Shown here: positions 10,444 to 21,222 of the stretch, one piece after another | How positions within the stretch are numbered: position 1 is the first letter of the stretch | Layout of the letters: every line of letters starts with the position of its first letter | Source: a bacterium | GTDB lineage: Bacteria > UBA8248 > JACPRG01 > G963555815 | NCBI GenBank assembly: GCA_965261595.1 | Contig: CBDHDG010000007.1 | Location: forward strand, 32,001-96,000 | Direction of reading: 5' to 3' | Length of the DNA stretch: 64,000 nt | Position numbers and translations under genes: made by a program | Notes under the pieces: model-generated | Databases searched by the model: none | The model's input: only the letters and a program-made list of their open reading frames with translations | Told to the model about the DNA's origin: nothing

Positions 10444-11616
10444 GTGTTGAGTCGATCCATCGACGAAGGCCGTCTCATCGAAACGCTGAAGCGGCTCATC
10501 GCCTTTCCCAGCCCGCAGCCCGAGATGGATCGCGTCCGGGCCTATATCCAGGAGGCCGTCCGGCCGGAGTTGCCGGAGGACGCCTTCGATCAGGTCTTCC
10601 GCGATTCGGCCGGCAGCGTCGGTTGGGGGCTTTCGGCCAGGGGGGAGGACGCCCGGCCCCCCCTCATCCTTTGCGCTTACGCGGGAAACTTCCCCGCCGA
10701 ATCCATGCCCGACCCCTACGCGCCCAAAGAGGTGGATGGCGGAAAGCACGGCCAGCGGGGGACCTGCATGTGGGGCAGGGGGACGTGCGAGCAGATCGGC
10801 GCCCTGGCCGCGGCCGTCGAGGCGGTCCGGGCCTTCGTCTCGGACAAACCCGGCGCTTTGAAGCGTTCTTTTCTCTTCCTGGTCAACACGGCGGGCGAGA
10901 CGGGGAGTCATGAGGCCGTCACGAATTTTTTTGATGAGGCGGCTTCGGCCGGGATCGTCCCGGGGGACGCCGTCATCGTTATGGGGACGAACAATGAAGT
11001 CTGTCTGGGAAACAAGGGACGGGTGGATGTCCCGGTGGAGATCACCGGAAAGTCCTGCCACAGCAGCACGCCCGAGTTGGGGGTGAACGCCCTGGAGGCC
11101 TTCGCGACCTGCATCCGCCGGTTGAAGGACGTGAAGCTTCCCCCGCCGGACCCCGAGCTGGGCGCGGTGACGCTGGTCGCCACGGGGGCGGAGACGCACC
11201 CCAAGGCAAGCCACACCATCCCCCGCCGGGCGGCCGGGATGCTCGACCGGAGGCTCCTCCCCGGTGAGGAGCCCGGCCCCGCCGTGGACGCCATCCGGGA
11301 GGGCCTTGGCGACCTGTCGCCCGCTGGCGTCGAGGTCCGCGTAGGAAAATTTCAGTACGCCAACAAGGTCTCGCCCGATTCGGCCCTGCCCTCGGCGGCG
11401 GATGAGGCGGTCGCCGGGCGGCGCGGGGCGTCGAACCCTTATTACATGAACGCCGCGCTGGACGCCGGATATTTCTATGTGCGGGGCCGGCAGGCCATCT
11501 GTCTAGGCCCCGGCGACATGGGCCTCGCCCACACCGACGCCGAGATGGTGAGCGTGCGGGACGTGATCGACGGGGCGGGGATTTATCTGGATGTTCTGAA
11601 AACCTTGTTGGGTTAG
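10444..11616 (+). CDS. M20/ArgE-DapE family metallopeptidase-like protein with degenerate metal ligands
   Basis: WGRG, GKSCHSS-P-LGVNA, DRRLLPGE, LGPG-AH-DAE motifs. Confidence 0.8.
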   Translation: MLSRSIDEGRLIETLKRLIAFPSPQPEMDRVRAYIQEAVRPELPEDAFDQVFRDSAGSVGWGLSARGEDARPPLILCAYAGNFPAESMPDPYAPKEVDGGKHGQRGTCMWGRGTCEQIGALAAAVEAVRAFVSDKPGALKRSFLFLVNTAGETGSHEAVTNFFDEAASAGIVPGDAVIVMGTNNEVCLGNKGRVDVPVEITGKSCHSSTPELGVNALEAFATCIRRLKDVKLPPPDPELGAVTLVATGAETHPKASHTIPRRAAGMLDRRLLPGEEPGPAVDAIREGLGDLSPAGVEVRVGKFQYANKVSPDSALPSAADEAVAGRRGASNPYYMNAALDAGYFYVRGRQAICLGPGDMGLAHTDAEMVSVRDVIDGAGIYLDVLKTLLG

Positions 11617-11754
11617 TGGTGGCTCGTTTCGTACCGGTTCCGGCGACCTCGTTATTCGGTTTCGCGGCAAAGGGCCGCCGCCAAAATTTCAACAGTGTTT
11701 GAATATATTCTCCCTCCTGATTAGAATATTTTTTGCTTAGCTTAAAAAATAATT

Positions 11755-11784
11755 TTGACAAATGACGATAAATCAGTGTAAGAT
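11755..11784 (+). promoter_or_regulatory. Sigma70-like promoter
   Basis: TTGACA-18-TAAGAT in an AT-rich tract upstream of the 11966 gene. Confidence 0.55.
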
Positions 11785-11965
11785 TGGATTTATTGGTGTC
11801 AAAAGAGGACCGGACATGATGGAAAATCGGTCCTCTGGGATATGGCGGTTGCGCTTTCCTCCAGGGTCGGGACCTCCCTGCACTTGAATGCGAAACCCCT
11901 CTGTCCCTTACACGGGATTGACGGTGATTTCGCTTTTTGATTTCGTCGAATAGGAGAAGAAACGG

Positions 11966-12763
11966 ATGGATAAACGGTACGCGGGCCCCCACAGGAAGCT
12001 CAAGTACCCCTTGTTCATCGGCTTTGTCGCGGCTTGTCTTCTTGCCGGGTCTCCGGTTTTAACGTCCCATGCCTCGGAGATTGAAGGCCCTGGGCTTCTC
12101 GAACCCGAAAAGGTGGCGATGGAGTTCGGATTTACTTTTGAAAGGGAGTCAAACGACGCGGAGAAAGTGAACACGTACTCATTTCCGGAGCCGTTGATCA
12201 TATACGGTCTGTTTCCCAACCTTGAGATTCAAGCCGAGGGGAAGGGATGGATTGTCCTCGATCCGGACGGTGGAAAGACCACGACCCATGGAAGTGATTT
12301 CACCCTTGCGGGAAAGTTCGGCCTCCCGATTCGCGGGGACGGATGGGTTCCCGAATCTGCGGGGTTCATCGTCCTGAACTTCCCGACCGGCGCCGACGAA
12401 GTCACCAGCGACGGTGTCGATCCATCCTTCACCTACCTGGCCGCCTGGAAGCTGCCCCATGACCTGTCCTTGACCGCAAATATCGGCTTCGCCCTGCCGA
12501 CCAACGGCTCCGCGGCGTCGAACCGTTATTTCGAGTATTCGACGGTCCTTAATCTTGGTTTCCCAATTTCCGGTAAGCTGAGCGGGTTTTTCGAGTATTT
12601 CGGAAGCGTGGCCAGCGAGGGCGAAGCGGACCCCCACTCTCTGGACGCGGGCCTCGGCTATGAGGTCAACGACAACCTCGCGATGGAGGTGACAGGAGGA
12701 TCCGGCTTGAACGAAGCGGCGGCGGATTTTTTCTTGAATTTTCTTGTGGCGATCAGTTTTTGA
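11966..12763 (+). CDS. Putative outer-membrane beta-barrel transporter (phenol meta-pathway-associated type)
   Basis: Signal peptide, amphipathic beta-strands, FPTG motif, C-terminal Phe. Confidence 0.6.
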   Translation: MDKRYAGPHRKLKYPLFIGFVAACLLAGSPVLTSHASEIEGPGLLEPEKVAMEFGFTFERESNDAEKVNTYSFPEPLIIYGLFPNLEIQAEGKGWIVLDPDGGKTTTHGSDFTLAGKFGLPIRGDGWVPESAGFIVLNFPTGADEVTSDGVDPSFTYLAAWKLPHDLSLTANIGFALPTNGSAASNRYFEYSTVLNLGFPISGKLSGFFEYFGSVASEGEADPHSLDAGLGYEVNDNLAMEVTGGSGLNEAAADFFLNFLVAISF

Positions 12764-14236
12764 CCGGTGACGTCAGGCCGCAAAGGGTTTTGCGATGCCT
12801 CTTCCTTTGAGATAATATCCGTGAAGGGCGGGAGGGGAGTAAATGGGCGTTCCTCGTCGTGACCTGATCATTCGAGACCTGACCCCCATGATTTCCTTCC
12901 CCTCAAGCCGGCGAAACTGCGGGAGCTTTTGCGGAAGGGGAAGGAGGCGATTGAATAGCGGTCGTTGGATCGGGAGGTCATTGCCTAACGATCTTCCGTA
13001 ATGCACGTCCGCCGGCGACCATTCCGGAAATGTTGGAATGTAAGACCTGACCCCAATCCGTCCTGATGTCGAGAGCAGTCCTGAGCCTCAATGCGTCAAA
13101 AGTTCACGCCGATTTGTCGTCTTGCCTTTCTCAAAGAGAATCCACCGCCCTGGTCCGAATCACAGGAGACGGTGTTGTTTATCGGAGCGTGACGGCGGAC
13201 CCGCACCCACCCCCCCTTTAGGGCGCACGGCACTGCGCCCTTCCATCTCGCCCGGATTTCTCGCAAAAATGTCGCTGCGGTCGTGCCACACCATCGACTC
13301 AGTTTTCGAACGCGAAGTCCGGCACGGGTTGCCCTCTATTTTTGGGATGGCTATGATTTGACGCCCATATGTAGTGCTCGCCGCAAAATCAGGAAACGGG
13401 CTGTATCATTCACGCAGGACGCCCCGAGGAACTGAAGGGCAATGCTTCTCTTGACCGAGTGTATAGAAGGACATCACTGATGCCCCGAGGAGGTTCGGAA
13501 GCGCAGATGGCGAAAGGGCGCTCATACCATATTGGAACGGACACTGGGGGGACCTTTACCGATGTCACCGTCATGTCCGACGACGGTGAGGTCTGCGTCG
13601 AAAAATCTCCCACGACCCCGCACGACTTCGCGGAGGGCGTCCTTCACGCCGTCGAGCGCGTGAGCGAACAGATGGGGATCACGCCTCGCCAACTTCTGAG
13701 CCGGTGCCGGCAGTTCAAACACGGCTCCACCATCGCCACCAACGCCCTCATCACCCGGGAGGGCAGCCGTGTGGGCCTGATCACCACGCGCGGGTTCGAG
13801 GACACCACCTTAATCATGAGGGGGATCGGGCGGGTGGCCGGCCTCATGGAGGACGAGATCAAGCACCAGGCCACGGCGGTGAAACCCGACCCTCTCGTTC
13901 CCAAAGACCTCATTGCGGGCGTCACCGAGCGAATCGATTTCCAAGGCCGGGTCGTCATCCCCATGAACCTGGAGGAGGCGGAAGAGGCGCTCCGGTTCCT
14001 GGTCGAGGAGAAAAACGTCGAAGCTCTCGCGATGAACTTCCTCTTCAGCTTCATCAACCCGGAGCATGAGCGAAAGCTGAAGGAGCTGGCGATCACACTG
14101 TACGGCGACCGCGACCTGTACATTTCCCTGGGCAGCGAAATCTGCCCGGTGGTGCGGGAGTACGCCCGGAGCAACACAGTCATTCTCAACTCCAGTCTGG
14201 GAAAGACCGTTGAAGGTTACCTCCAGGGTCTCGATG

Positions 14237-15679
14237 GAGGGTGTCCCGAATTCAGTTGAAGGTTTGAGGCGGCGGTCCGTGTGTGGTTCACCTTATGCGA
14301 CCTCCTCTCGGGTGTCAAAGCGGGGCTCGTCCAGAACGGCCTTCAGGATCCACAGGTCCCGGTAGCCGTCCAGGCGACGGAAGTTCTTCTCGGTGGCGAG
14401 GAAGGCGGAAGCGGCCCACCTTTTCACCATCGCCCCGTCCCGCCAGCGGCCGACGCGCCGGGTGCGCATCCGCACCCCCGAACAGGGACTCTCGATCAGG
14501 TTCGTGCTCACCAGGCAGCGCCGAAGGCCGGGCGGAAGAGCCAAGCGGTTGACGGTGAAGATCTCCTCCAGACCCTCCAAAAGGCTGGCGGCCGCGTCCG
14601 GATGCTCGATCTGAAGCCACCGGGCCTGCTTGCGCAGACGGGCAATCCCCTCCTTCGGCGCCAGCCGCCAGGCCGCCTTCATCGTCGCCTTCACCGGGTC
14701 CTTCAACTCCTCGGGCAGGTGGTCCATCACGTTCTTCACCTTGTGGTTGCGGCACCGCTGCACCGGATTGTCGTCCCCGTACACCCGGTCAATCGCCGCA
14801 CGAAGCGCCCTCGAGCCGTCGATGACGAAAAGCCGACGCCGCCCGGGCCGCACGCCGCGCTCCACCAACTCCTCAAGAAGCGCCGTCACGACCGTGGCGT
14901 TCTCGGTGGCGCCCGACCTCAGGCCCAGAACGTGCTTTTGGCCCCGTGTGTCCACCCCAACGGCCACGATGACGTGATGCGCGCCGAAGCGCAGACCGTC
15001 CAGGTAGAGGATGAGGAGGTCGATGTCGTCAAAACGCCGCTCACAAAGACGCCGCAGCTCCGCCTCGGCCGCCTCGATGCTCTCCCGGCTCACGGCCGAC
15101 TTCGACACCCCCACCGTCTCGGCCAGCTCGGGAAGAACGGCCGCGTAGTTCCGCGTCGAGACCCCTCGCATCAGCAAATCCAGCATCCGCTCCCCCAGCC
15201 CGGGGTCGGCCTGCATGGCCGCATACGCCGGCACCTCCACCTCCCCGCCCCGACCCTGGCCCCGGCGGCGAAGCCGCGGCTTTCTCACCTTCAGCTTGCG
15301 CCCCTTCAGGGTCACCCGGCCCCCCTGGCTGCCGTGCCGGCGGACCTCGCCACCCCGCTTGCCTGGATGCGGCGCGCCCGTCAAGCCCTTGGCCGACAGC
15401 AAAAGCACGGCCTCCAGGCCCGCCCGGCCCATGACGTCCATCAGGTCCTCCACCGCCAGTTGGGACTGCTCCACCAGCGACACCAGAGGAAAAAACGCCT
15501 GCCCGTGCTCCGCCACAAAGGCGGCCAACCTTTGGGTCTCTTTCTTCTCGATGATCTGGTAAGCTTCACTCATGGCGGTTCCTCCTCTTTGAATGTTTGC
15601 CAACCCGATTCTAACCGAGTCGGCAGGAGTGAACCGCCACCTCTTTTTCTCAACCTGCAACTATGAATGGGACAGGCTC
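14237..15679 (-). mobile_element. IS256-family insertion sequence (1443 bp)
   Basis: Imperfect IRs GAGGGTGTCCCGAATTCAGTTG / GAGCCTGTCCCATTCATAGTTG; 8-bp TSD TCTCGATG (14229-14236, 15680-15687). Confidence 0.95.
14293..15573 (-). CDS. IS256-family transposase
   Basis: GVSTR, LYLDG, VIDG, QRCxxHK, STNLIES motifs. Confidence 0.95.
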   Translation of the reverse strand: MSEAYQIIEKKETQRLAAFVAEHGQAFFPLVSLVEQSQLAVEDLMDVMGRAGLEAVLLLSAKGLTGAPHPGKRGGEVRRHGSQGGRVTLKGRKLKVRKPRLRRRGQGRGGEVEVPAYAAMQADPGLGERMLDLLMRGVSTRNYAAVLPELAETVGVSKSAVSRESIEAAEAELRRLCERRFDDIDLLILYLDGLRFGAHHVIVAVGVDTRGQKHVLGLRSGATENATVVTALLEELVERGVRPGRRRLFVIDGSRALRAAIDRVYGDDNPVQRCRNHKVKNVMDHLPEELKDPVKATMKAAWRLAPKEGIARLRKQARWLQIEHPDAAASLLEGLEEIFTVNRLALPPGLRRCLVSTNLIESPCSGVRMRTRRVGRWRDGAMVKRWAASAFLATEKNFRRLDGYRDLWILKAVLDEPRFDTREEVA

Positions 15680-17085
15680 TCTCGATGCCCGACTCCGCTC
15701 CGGCGGATATCGCCGGAAGCTGCTTGTCATGCAAGCCAACGGGGGGGTCGTGCTGATGGACAACCTCGTGCCCATCGGGACGCTGGGATCGGGTCCGAGT
15801 GGAGGCATGATGGCCACGAAGTACACGGCCGACCACCTCGGACACCGGAAGGTCATCACCACCGACATGGGCGGGACGAGTTTCGACGTCGGGTTGCTGA
15901 TCGACGGCTATTGGCCTTACCTCCGGGAACCCGTCGTGGAAAGGTTCCACATCTCGTGGCCGATGATCGGAATCGAATCCATCGGCGCCGGGGGCGGGAC
16001 CATCGCCGCCGTGGATCCCGTCACGGGCAGGCTGCGACTGGGACCCCGGAGCGCGGGGGCCGATCCCGGCCCGGCCTGCTACGATCGCGGCGGAACCGAA
16101 CCGACGGTGACCGATGCGGACCTGCTGCTCGGCATCCTGAACCCTGATTACTTTCTCGGGGGGCGGATGAAGTTGAGTCGGCAACGCGCGGAAGAGGCCT
16201 TGCAGGAAAAGGTGGCCGGGCCTTTGGGAATGACACTGACGGAAGCGGCGGCGGGTATTTACGACATCATCAACGGGCACATGTCCGACCTCATGCGCAA
16301 GCAAGTGGTCTCGAGCGGGCAGGTGCCGGAGGATTTTGCGATCTACGCGTACGGAGGGGCGGGGCCCGTGCATGCGGCCGCATACGCCAAGGACCTGGGC
16401 GTCGAGCGGATATACGTGTTTCCCACCTCGGCGGTCTTCTCCTCCCTGGGCGTGGCCACCGCGGACGTCGTGCACACGGCGCAGCGGTCCTTCCGCTATC
16501 TCCTGCCGGTGGACCCCCGTGTCCTCAACGACCGGATGTCGATGCTTGAGGAGGAGCTCTACGCCGTTATGCGGCAAGAGGGGTTCAGGCGCAAAGACGT
16601 GTTTTTCCGCAGGCTCTTCTTCATGCGCTACCGCCGACAACTGAACGAGTTGGACATCCCGGTTCCGGCCAAGCGCTACACCGCCAAAGACATCCGCGCC
16701 GTCATGGCGGAGTTTGAAAAGAAGTACGAAGAGGTTTATGGAGAGGGATCGGCTTACCAGGAGGCGGGGATAGAGCTGATCTCCTTCCAGGTGGACGCCA
16801 TCGGCCGGACCGCAAAACCCGGCTTGGCCACGTTTCCCCGGGGTCGAGCGCTGCCATCCCGCTCGTCCCTGAAGGAGAACCGGGAGGTCTTTTTCACGGG
16901 GGAAAAGAAGTTTCTCTCAACAGTGGTCTATGATTATGCCCATCTGCGTCCGGGAAACGTGGTGGACGGCCCCGCCGTAATCGAGGCCCCGCACACCACG
17001 GTTTTGATCATCCCTTCCATGCGGGGCCGGGTCGACCGGTACCGCAACATCGAGCTGACCTGGAACGGATGAGGAGAGCGTATCC

Positions 17086-17385
17086 GTGCGCATCCACGAG
17101 TATTTGGAGATCCTGGACGACCCGGAAGAAGGGCGCCTGATCCGATGCATTCGCTGTGGCCACCGATTTTGCCGGGCGGATGAGAATTACAAGGAGCACG
17201 CCCTGTACATCGAGCGCAAGCCGGACACGCTTCCCCTGCGGCGTGTGCTGTCGGGGGAGGACGCCTTCGTGGTGTATCAAGAGTTTATTTGCCCCGGATG
17301 CGGAACTCTTCTTGAGATGGACCCCTACTGCCCGCAGCTCGAGGAGGGAAATAACCCCATCGTTTGGGATATCCGGATCCGCTGA
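17086..17385 (+). CDS. Acetone carboxylase gamma-subunit family protein
   Basis: CIRCGH, ENYK, CPGCGTLL motifs; lies between A- and B-type subunit genes. Confidence 0.8.
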   Translation: MRIHEYLEILDDPEEGRLIRCIRCGHRFCRADENYKEHALYIERKPDTLPLRRVLSGEDAFVVYQEFICPGCGTLLEMDPYCPQLEEGNNPIVWDIRIR

Positions 17386-17492
17386 CGGATCCGGCGCGCC
17401 CGTGAAGGCAACAGAATTTCAGTAAACCCCATGGTCAGTCCCATGCGGGGAGGGGACCTCCCCGCATGGGACCGCGGGAGGGATTCATCACC

Positions 17493-17835
17493 ATGCCCCT
17501 GGACCCCATTCGGTACGAGATCTTTCGGCATCGCCTCTTCAACATCCTGGAGGAGGGACGGATTGCCATCAAGATGGTTTCCGGCTCCGCCGTTGTCGTC
17601 GAGGGCGGGGAGACGATGTGTTCCTTTTACACCTCGGAAGGGATCCCCATCCTGACGGCGGCCGGGATCCTCATCCACTGCACCGGGGCGCGGGACTTCA
17701 TCCTGAAGGCCATCGAGTGGTATGAAGAGGACCCGGGGATCGATGACGGAGACCAGCTCTTCTTCAACGACCCCTATATCGGAGGCCAGCATCTCCCCGA
17801 TCAAATCATCATCAAACCGATCTTCTATGAAGATA
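17493..17835 (+). pseudogene. Hydantoinase B/oxoprolinase N-terminal fragment, truncated
   Basis: MPLDPIRYEIFRHRL...NDPYIGGQHLPD...KPIFY, then an abrupt switch to AT-rich non-coding sequence. Confidence 0.85.
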
Positions 17836-18039
17836 CAGCCGTAAGGACGTTCTTTCCAGTCACGAAACCTTATTATTATATTGATATTATTGGATAATAT
17901 ACATTATTCCAGATTTTATTCGGAACCTGTCTTCTACTGTTCGTAATCAAAATGAATGCGGATTCGATACAACGTCCGCGCATCCAGTCGAGTCCCTGGC
18001 GGGTGATCGTTCGGCCAAGCCGTGATGGGGGGTCTGACT

Positions 18040-18922
18040 TTAGCTGTTGAGGGTTCGTTTCCAATTTTTTCTGAGGGGGCGAAGCCAGATGTCCTTTTTC
18101 GGTTGGGCGCGTTTCGTGTGCCTGTCGTAGCGTCCGCGTCCCTGGGCGGTTCCGACATGGATCCAGCCCGATGCCCTGTAGACGGCGCCGGTGTAGCGCG
18201 GTGTCTGGACGAAGGTCTCGATGAGCACGGGGGTTGTGTCGTAGCGCCCGGTCCAGTCCCCGGGCAGGCGCCGGCGGACGATGGCGAGGATGTGCGAGCC
18301 CAAGTTGGGGATATTGAGCCAGGGCAGGATGAGGAACCTCGGGTTGTCGACCACGAGGGGGGAGGTTCTTCTCGCGCAGTTGCGGCGTCCAACCGATGAA
18401 GCTGTCTCGAGGGGCCAGCTTCCACGCGGCGGTGCTGAAGCCGAGCGTGGCGAGCGGCCAACCGTTGCGGTCGTGGACGGCGTAGCGCATCTGGACGCCG
18501 ACCAGGGTCCTGTAGCCGAGACGGTGGTAGCGGGCGACGAACTCGTTCCATCGCTTGCCCTCGCGGGTGCCGCGGACGACGAGCCGCAGGTCGAGCGGGC
18601 GGGCCTCGTCGAGGGTAGACGGCGCCGGGGTCAGCGGCGGTTCGGTCTCCGGCCCGAAGACGATCGGCCCGGGCCGGTTCTGCCGCCACTTCGGCGGCGG
18701 CAGGGCGATGAGGCCGTCGTTGTGCATGGCCAGCATGGTCACCCTGGCCATCATGTCCTTGAGCCCGCCGTCGGGCTTGAACCAGCGGATGCGCCGGCAG
18801 AACTCCTTCGACAGCGCATGGCGGTTCAGCGCCGGCGGGCCGGCGATCAGCGAGCGCAGCAGCGCCATCGCTCGCATCGTGAAGTCGCGTCCGTAATAGC
18901 GGCACTCAGCCTCGCCGGTCAT
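18040..18922 (-). pseudogene. DUF4338 (DruA-like) protein, frameshifted
   Basis: YHRLGY..LVGVQMRY, AAWKLAPRD-FIGW, then in another frame NPRFLILPW..PNL-SHIL..PVLIETFV..YRASGW; shift in the G-run near 18357-18362. Confidence 0.85.
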
Positions 18923-18935
18923 CCCCCAGCCGTGG

Positions 18936-19812
18936 CTAGCCCTCGGGACGGTCGGGCCAGTCGAGCGTGTCGAGCGTGTCGAGCGCACTTCGAGGGATCG
19001 TGCCATGCGCATCAAGCGCCGCCTGCAGCCGTTCGTTGAGCCATGTGCGCCCCTGCGGGGAGAGTCTGACGGCCGGCTGCCGAGGGAATGCGTGGCGCGG
19101 ATCGGTATTGCCTACACCCCGCGACAGGTTTGCTTGCGTGGACGCAAACGAGCCAGGTCCCAAAGTGTCCATCAGCTCGTTGAGCGAGACGCCATTTGCC
19201 AGCTTGCCGTTGAGAAATTCGGCGTGGTGGACCCGAATATAGTGAGGCCACCTTTCCTTCCATTCGAGACGCGCGATGTCCACCGGAGTCGCATCGTCCC
19301 GACCTTCCTCATGTCTCATAGCGATAGCCCGTCCAAAGACTCGGATGTCGGGAGGAGCTTCGGTAAGGCTAGCAATGAACATGAGGTCGCCGTCTCTGAC
19401 AATTCTCGGTCGCTTGCCAGCGGGATATGCAAGCGCCCAGTGGCAGCCTACGCCCTCTAGTTCTCCAAGCGTCGTACCGGACAGCGGGGCGCGGTTTTCG
19501 CTCGTGCCGTGAAACTTCACGAACGCCTGCCTCGCTTCGGTGAAGAGCGGCAATGCGGCAATCCGGGGCTGTTCAATCAAGCCGGCATCGGCTCCGTAGT
19601 CCGGGAGTGCCCTCGGTCCCCTGGGGCGGGCACCGGATGCGAGATGGTCGGTGAGTTCTGTGGTCCAGTCGTCTATGTCCTTGGGCTGTAGATCACGACC
19701 TCCTTGGCTCCACAGGGCATCGAAATAGTCGAGACACCTATTGATAGCCACACGGTCCTCTGTCACGATTCCGAACTCGTGGTTGCTGTCCAACCCCGCA
19801 TCGGTCAGGGGT
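18936..19812 (-). pseudogene. PLD-nuclease-like protein C-terminal part, N-terminus removed by IS3
   Basis: Starts at LTDAGLDSNHEFG (tail of the PLD SxNxT..G...N.E motif) and yFDALW; followed by a PUA/EVE-like region (inference). Confidence 0.65.
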
Positions 19813-21222
19813 TGGAGTTACCCCGTTTCAGTGGACAGTTTAGGGCTGTCGTCCCCAGCCCTGAGGTGGGCGACAGCCGGTGGACGTACAGTCTTCTCCC
19901 TATCCGATAGATAGGGTGCCCCCGGGGGGTATGTCTTGACCTTTGGCTCGCTGCTCCGGGAAGCACCGGGGACGGCTCGAGCCGGACGATGAGCGTTGCG
20001 CACTGCACGTGGCGTTTCCTTCGCCGCGGACCGTTCGAAGTCGTTGGGGCTGAGGTAACCCAGGGCCGAATGACGACGGCGTGGGTTGTACCAGCCTTCG
20101 ATGAATTGGAAGATCGCCATGCGCGCTTCGGCCTGGGTACGGAACGAGCGCCGGTCGATGAGCTCGCACTCCAGCGTGGCAAAGAAGCTCTCGGCCATGG
20201 CGTTGTCGAAGCAATCCCGGCCGACCCGGTCGAGGGAACCACCCCCATCTCCCGGCACCGCTTGCCGAAGGCGAGCGAAGTGTACTGAGATCCCCTGTCG
20301 GAGTGATGCACGACCCCGTCGGGGCGGCGCTGTCCCAACGCCATGTTCAGCGCCCCGAGCACCAGTTCGGTGCGAAGATGGTGGGTCATGGACCATCCCA
20401 CCACCCGGCGGCTGAACACGTCGAGCACGATGGCCAGGTACACGAACCCCGTCCAGGTCGGCACGTAGGTCACGTCGGCCACCCAAAGCCGATCCGGCGC
20501 ATCGGCCTGGAACTGGCGTTCGACCCGGTCCGGGACCACACAATGGCTCTGGTCCACGCGCGTAGTGCGCATGCCTCGGCGTCGGCTCACCCCGGCCAAC
20601 CCTGCCTCGCGCATCAGACGAGCCACCCGATTGCGGCTCACCCGGCAGCCGCCGGCCATCATCTCGGCATGGACCCGAGGCGCCCCGTAGGTGCCACCAG
20701 ATACCTCGTGGATGGCCCGGATCGTGCCACGCAACGCCTCCTCGCGCTTCGCACGAAGAGAACGCCCACGGCTTCGCCACGCGTAGTATCCGCTGGGGGA
20801 GACACCCAGCCGACGGCACATCGTGGCCACCCGATGGCAGGCCTGATTCGCCTTCACGAGCTCGAAGACTTCGCCCGGACCGAGCCGGTCTCCCGAGCGA
20901 ACCAAGCCGTAGCTTTTGCCAGTATCTCGCGTTCTTCGCGAAGCTGACGATTCTCCCGACGAAGCCGCCGTAGCTCCTCGAGCTCTGAGCTTGTCAGACC
21001 GTCCTCACGACGGCCCTCGTCGCGGTCGGCCTGGCGCACCCAGTTGCGAATCGCCGAAGCGGAACACTCGAACTCCCGGGCCAGCTCCCCGGGCGTACGG
21101 CCCGAGCGAACCAGCTCAACCATCTGGCGCCGGTATTCCGGCGCGTAGGGTGAATGAGTTTTCGGCATCTGAACACCTCCTCCGCACAGTCTGAAGGTGT
21201 CCACAAAAACGGGTCAACTCCA
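19813..21222 (-). mobile_element. IS3-family element; orfA 20854-21168, orfB frameshifted near 20218
   Basis: IRs TGGAGTTACCCCGTTTCAGTGGACA / TGGAGTTGACCCGTTTTTGTGGACA; WVADVTY, HHSDRGSQY, DNAMAESFF; no TSD. Confidence 0.92.

Larger units (their letters stand above)
13507..17072 (+). pseudogene. Hydantoinase/oxoprolinase A-type (acetone/acetophenone-carboxylase-like) subunit split by IS256
   Basis: DTGGTFTD and HGSTIATN in 13507-14236; SGPSGG, DMGGTSFD, SAGADPGP in 15688-17072; removing the IS and one TSD gives in-frame YLQGLDARLRSGG. Confidence 0.92.

Noticed and set aside
13320..13335. Sigma54-like GGCAC...TTGC
   Set aside because: Spacing does not fit GG-N10-GC.
14281..15666. 461-aa plus-strand ORF
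   Set aside because: Antisense shadow of the IS256 transposase.
18960..18985. GTCGAGCGT tandem repeat (about three copies)
   Set aside because: Short in-frame slippage duplication (LDT LDT); no further structure.
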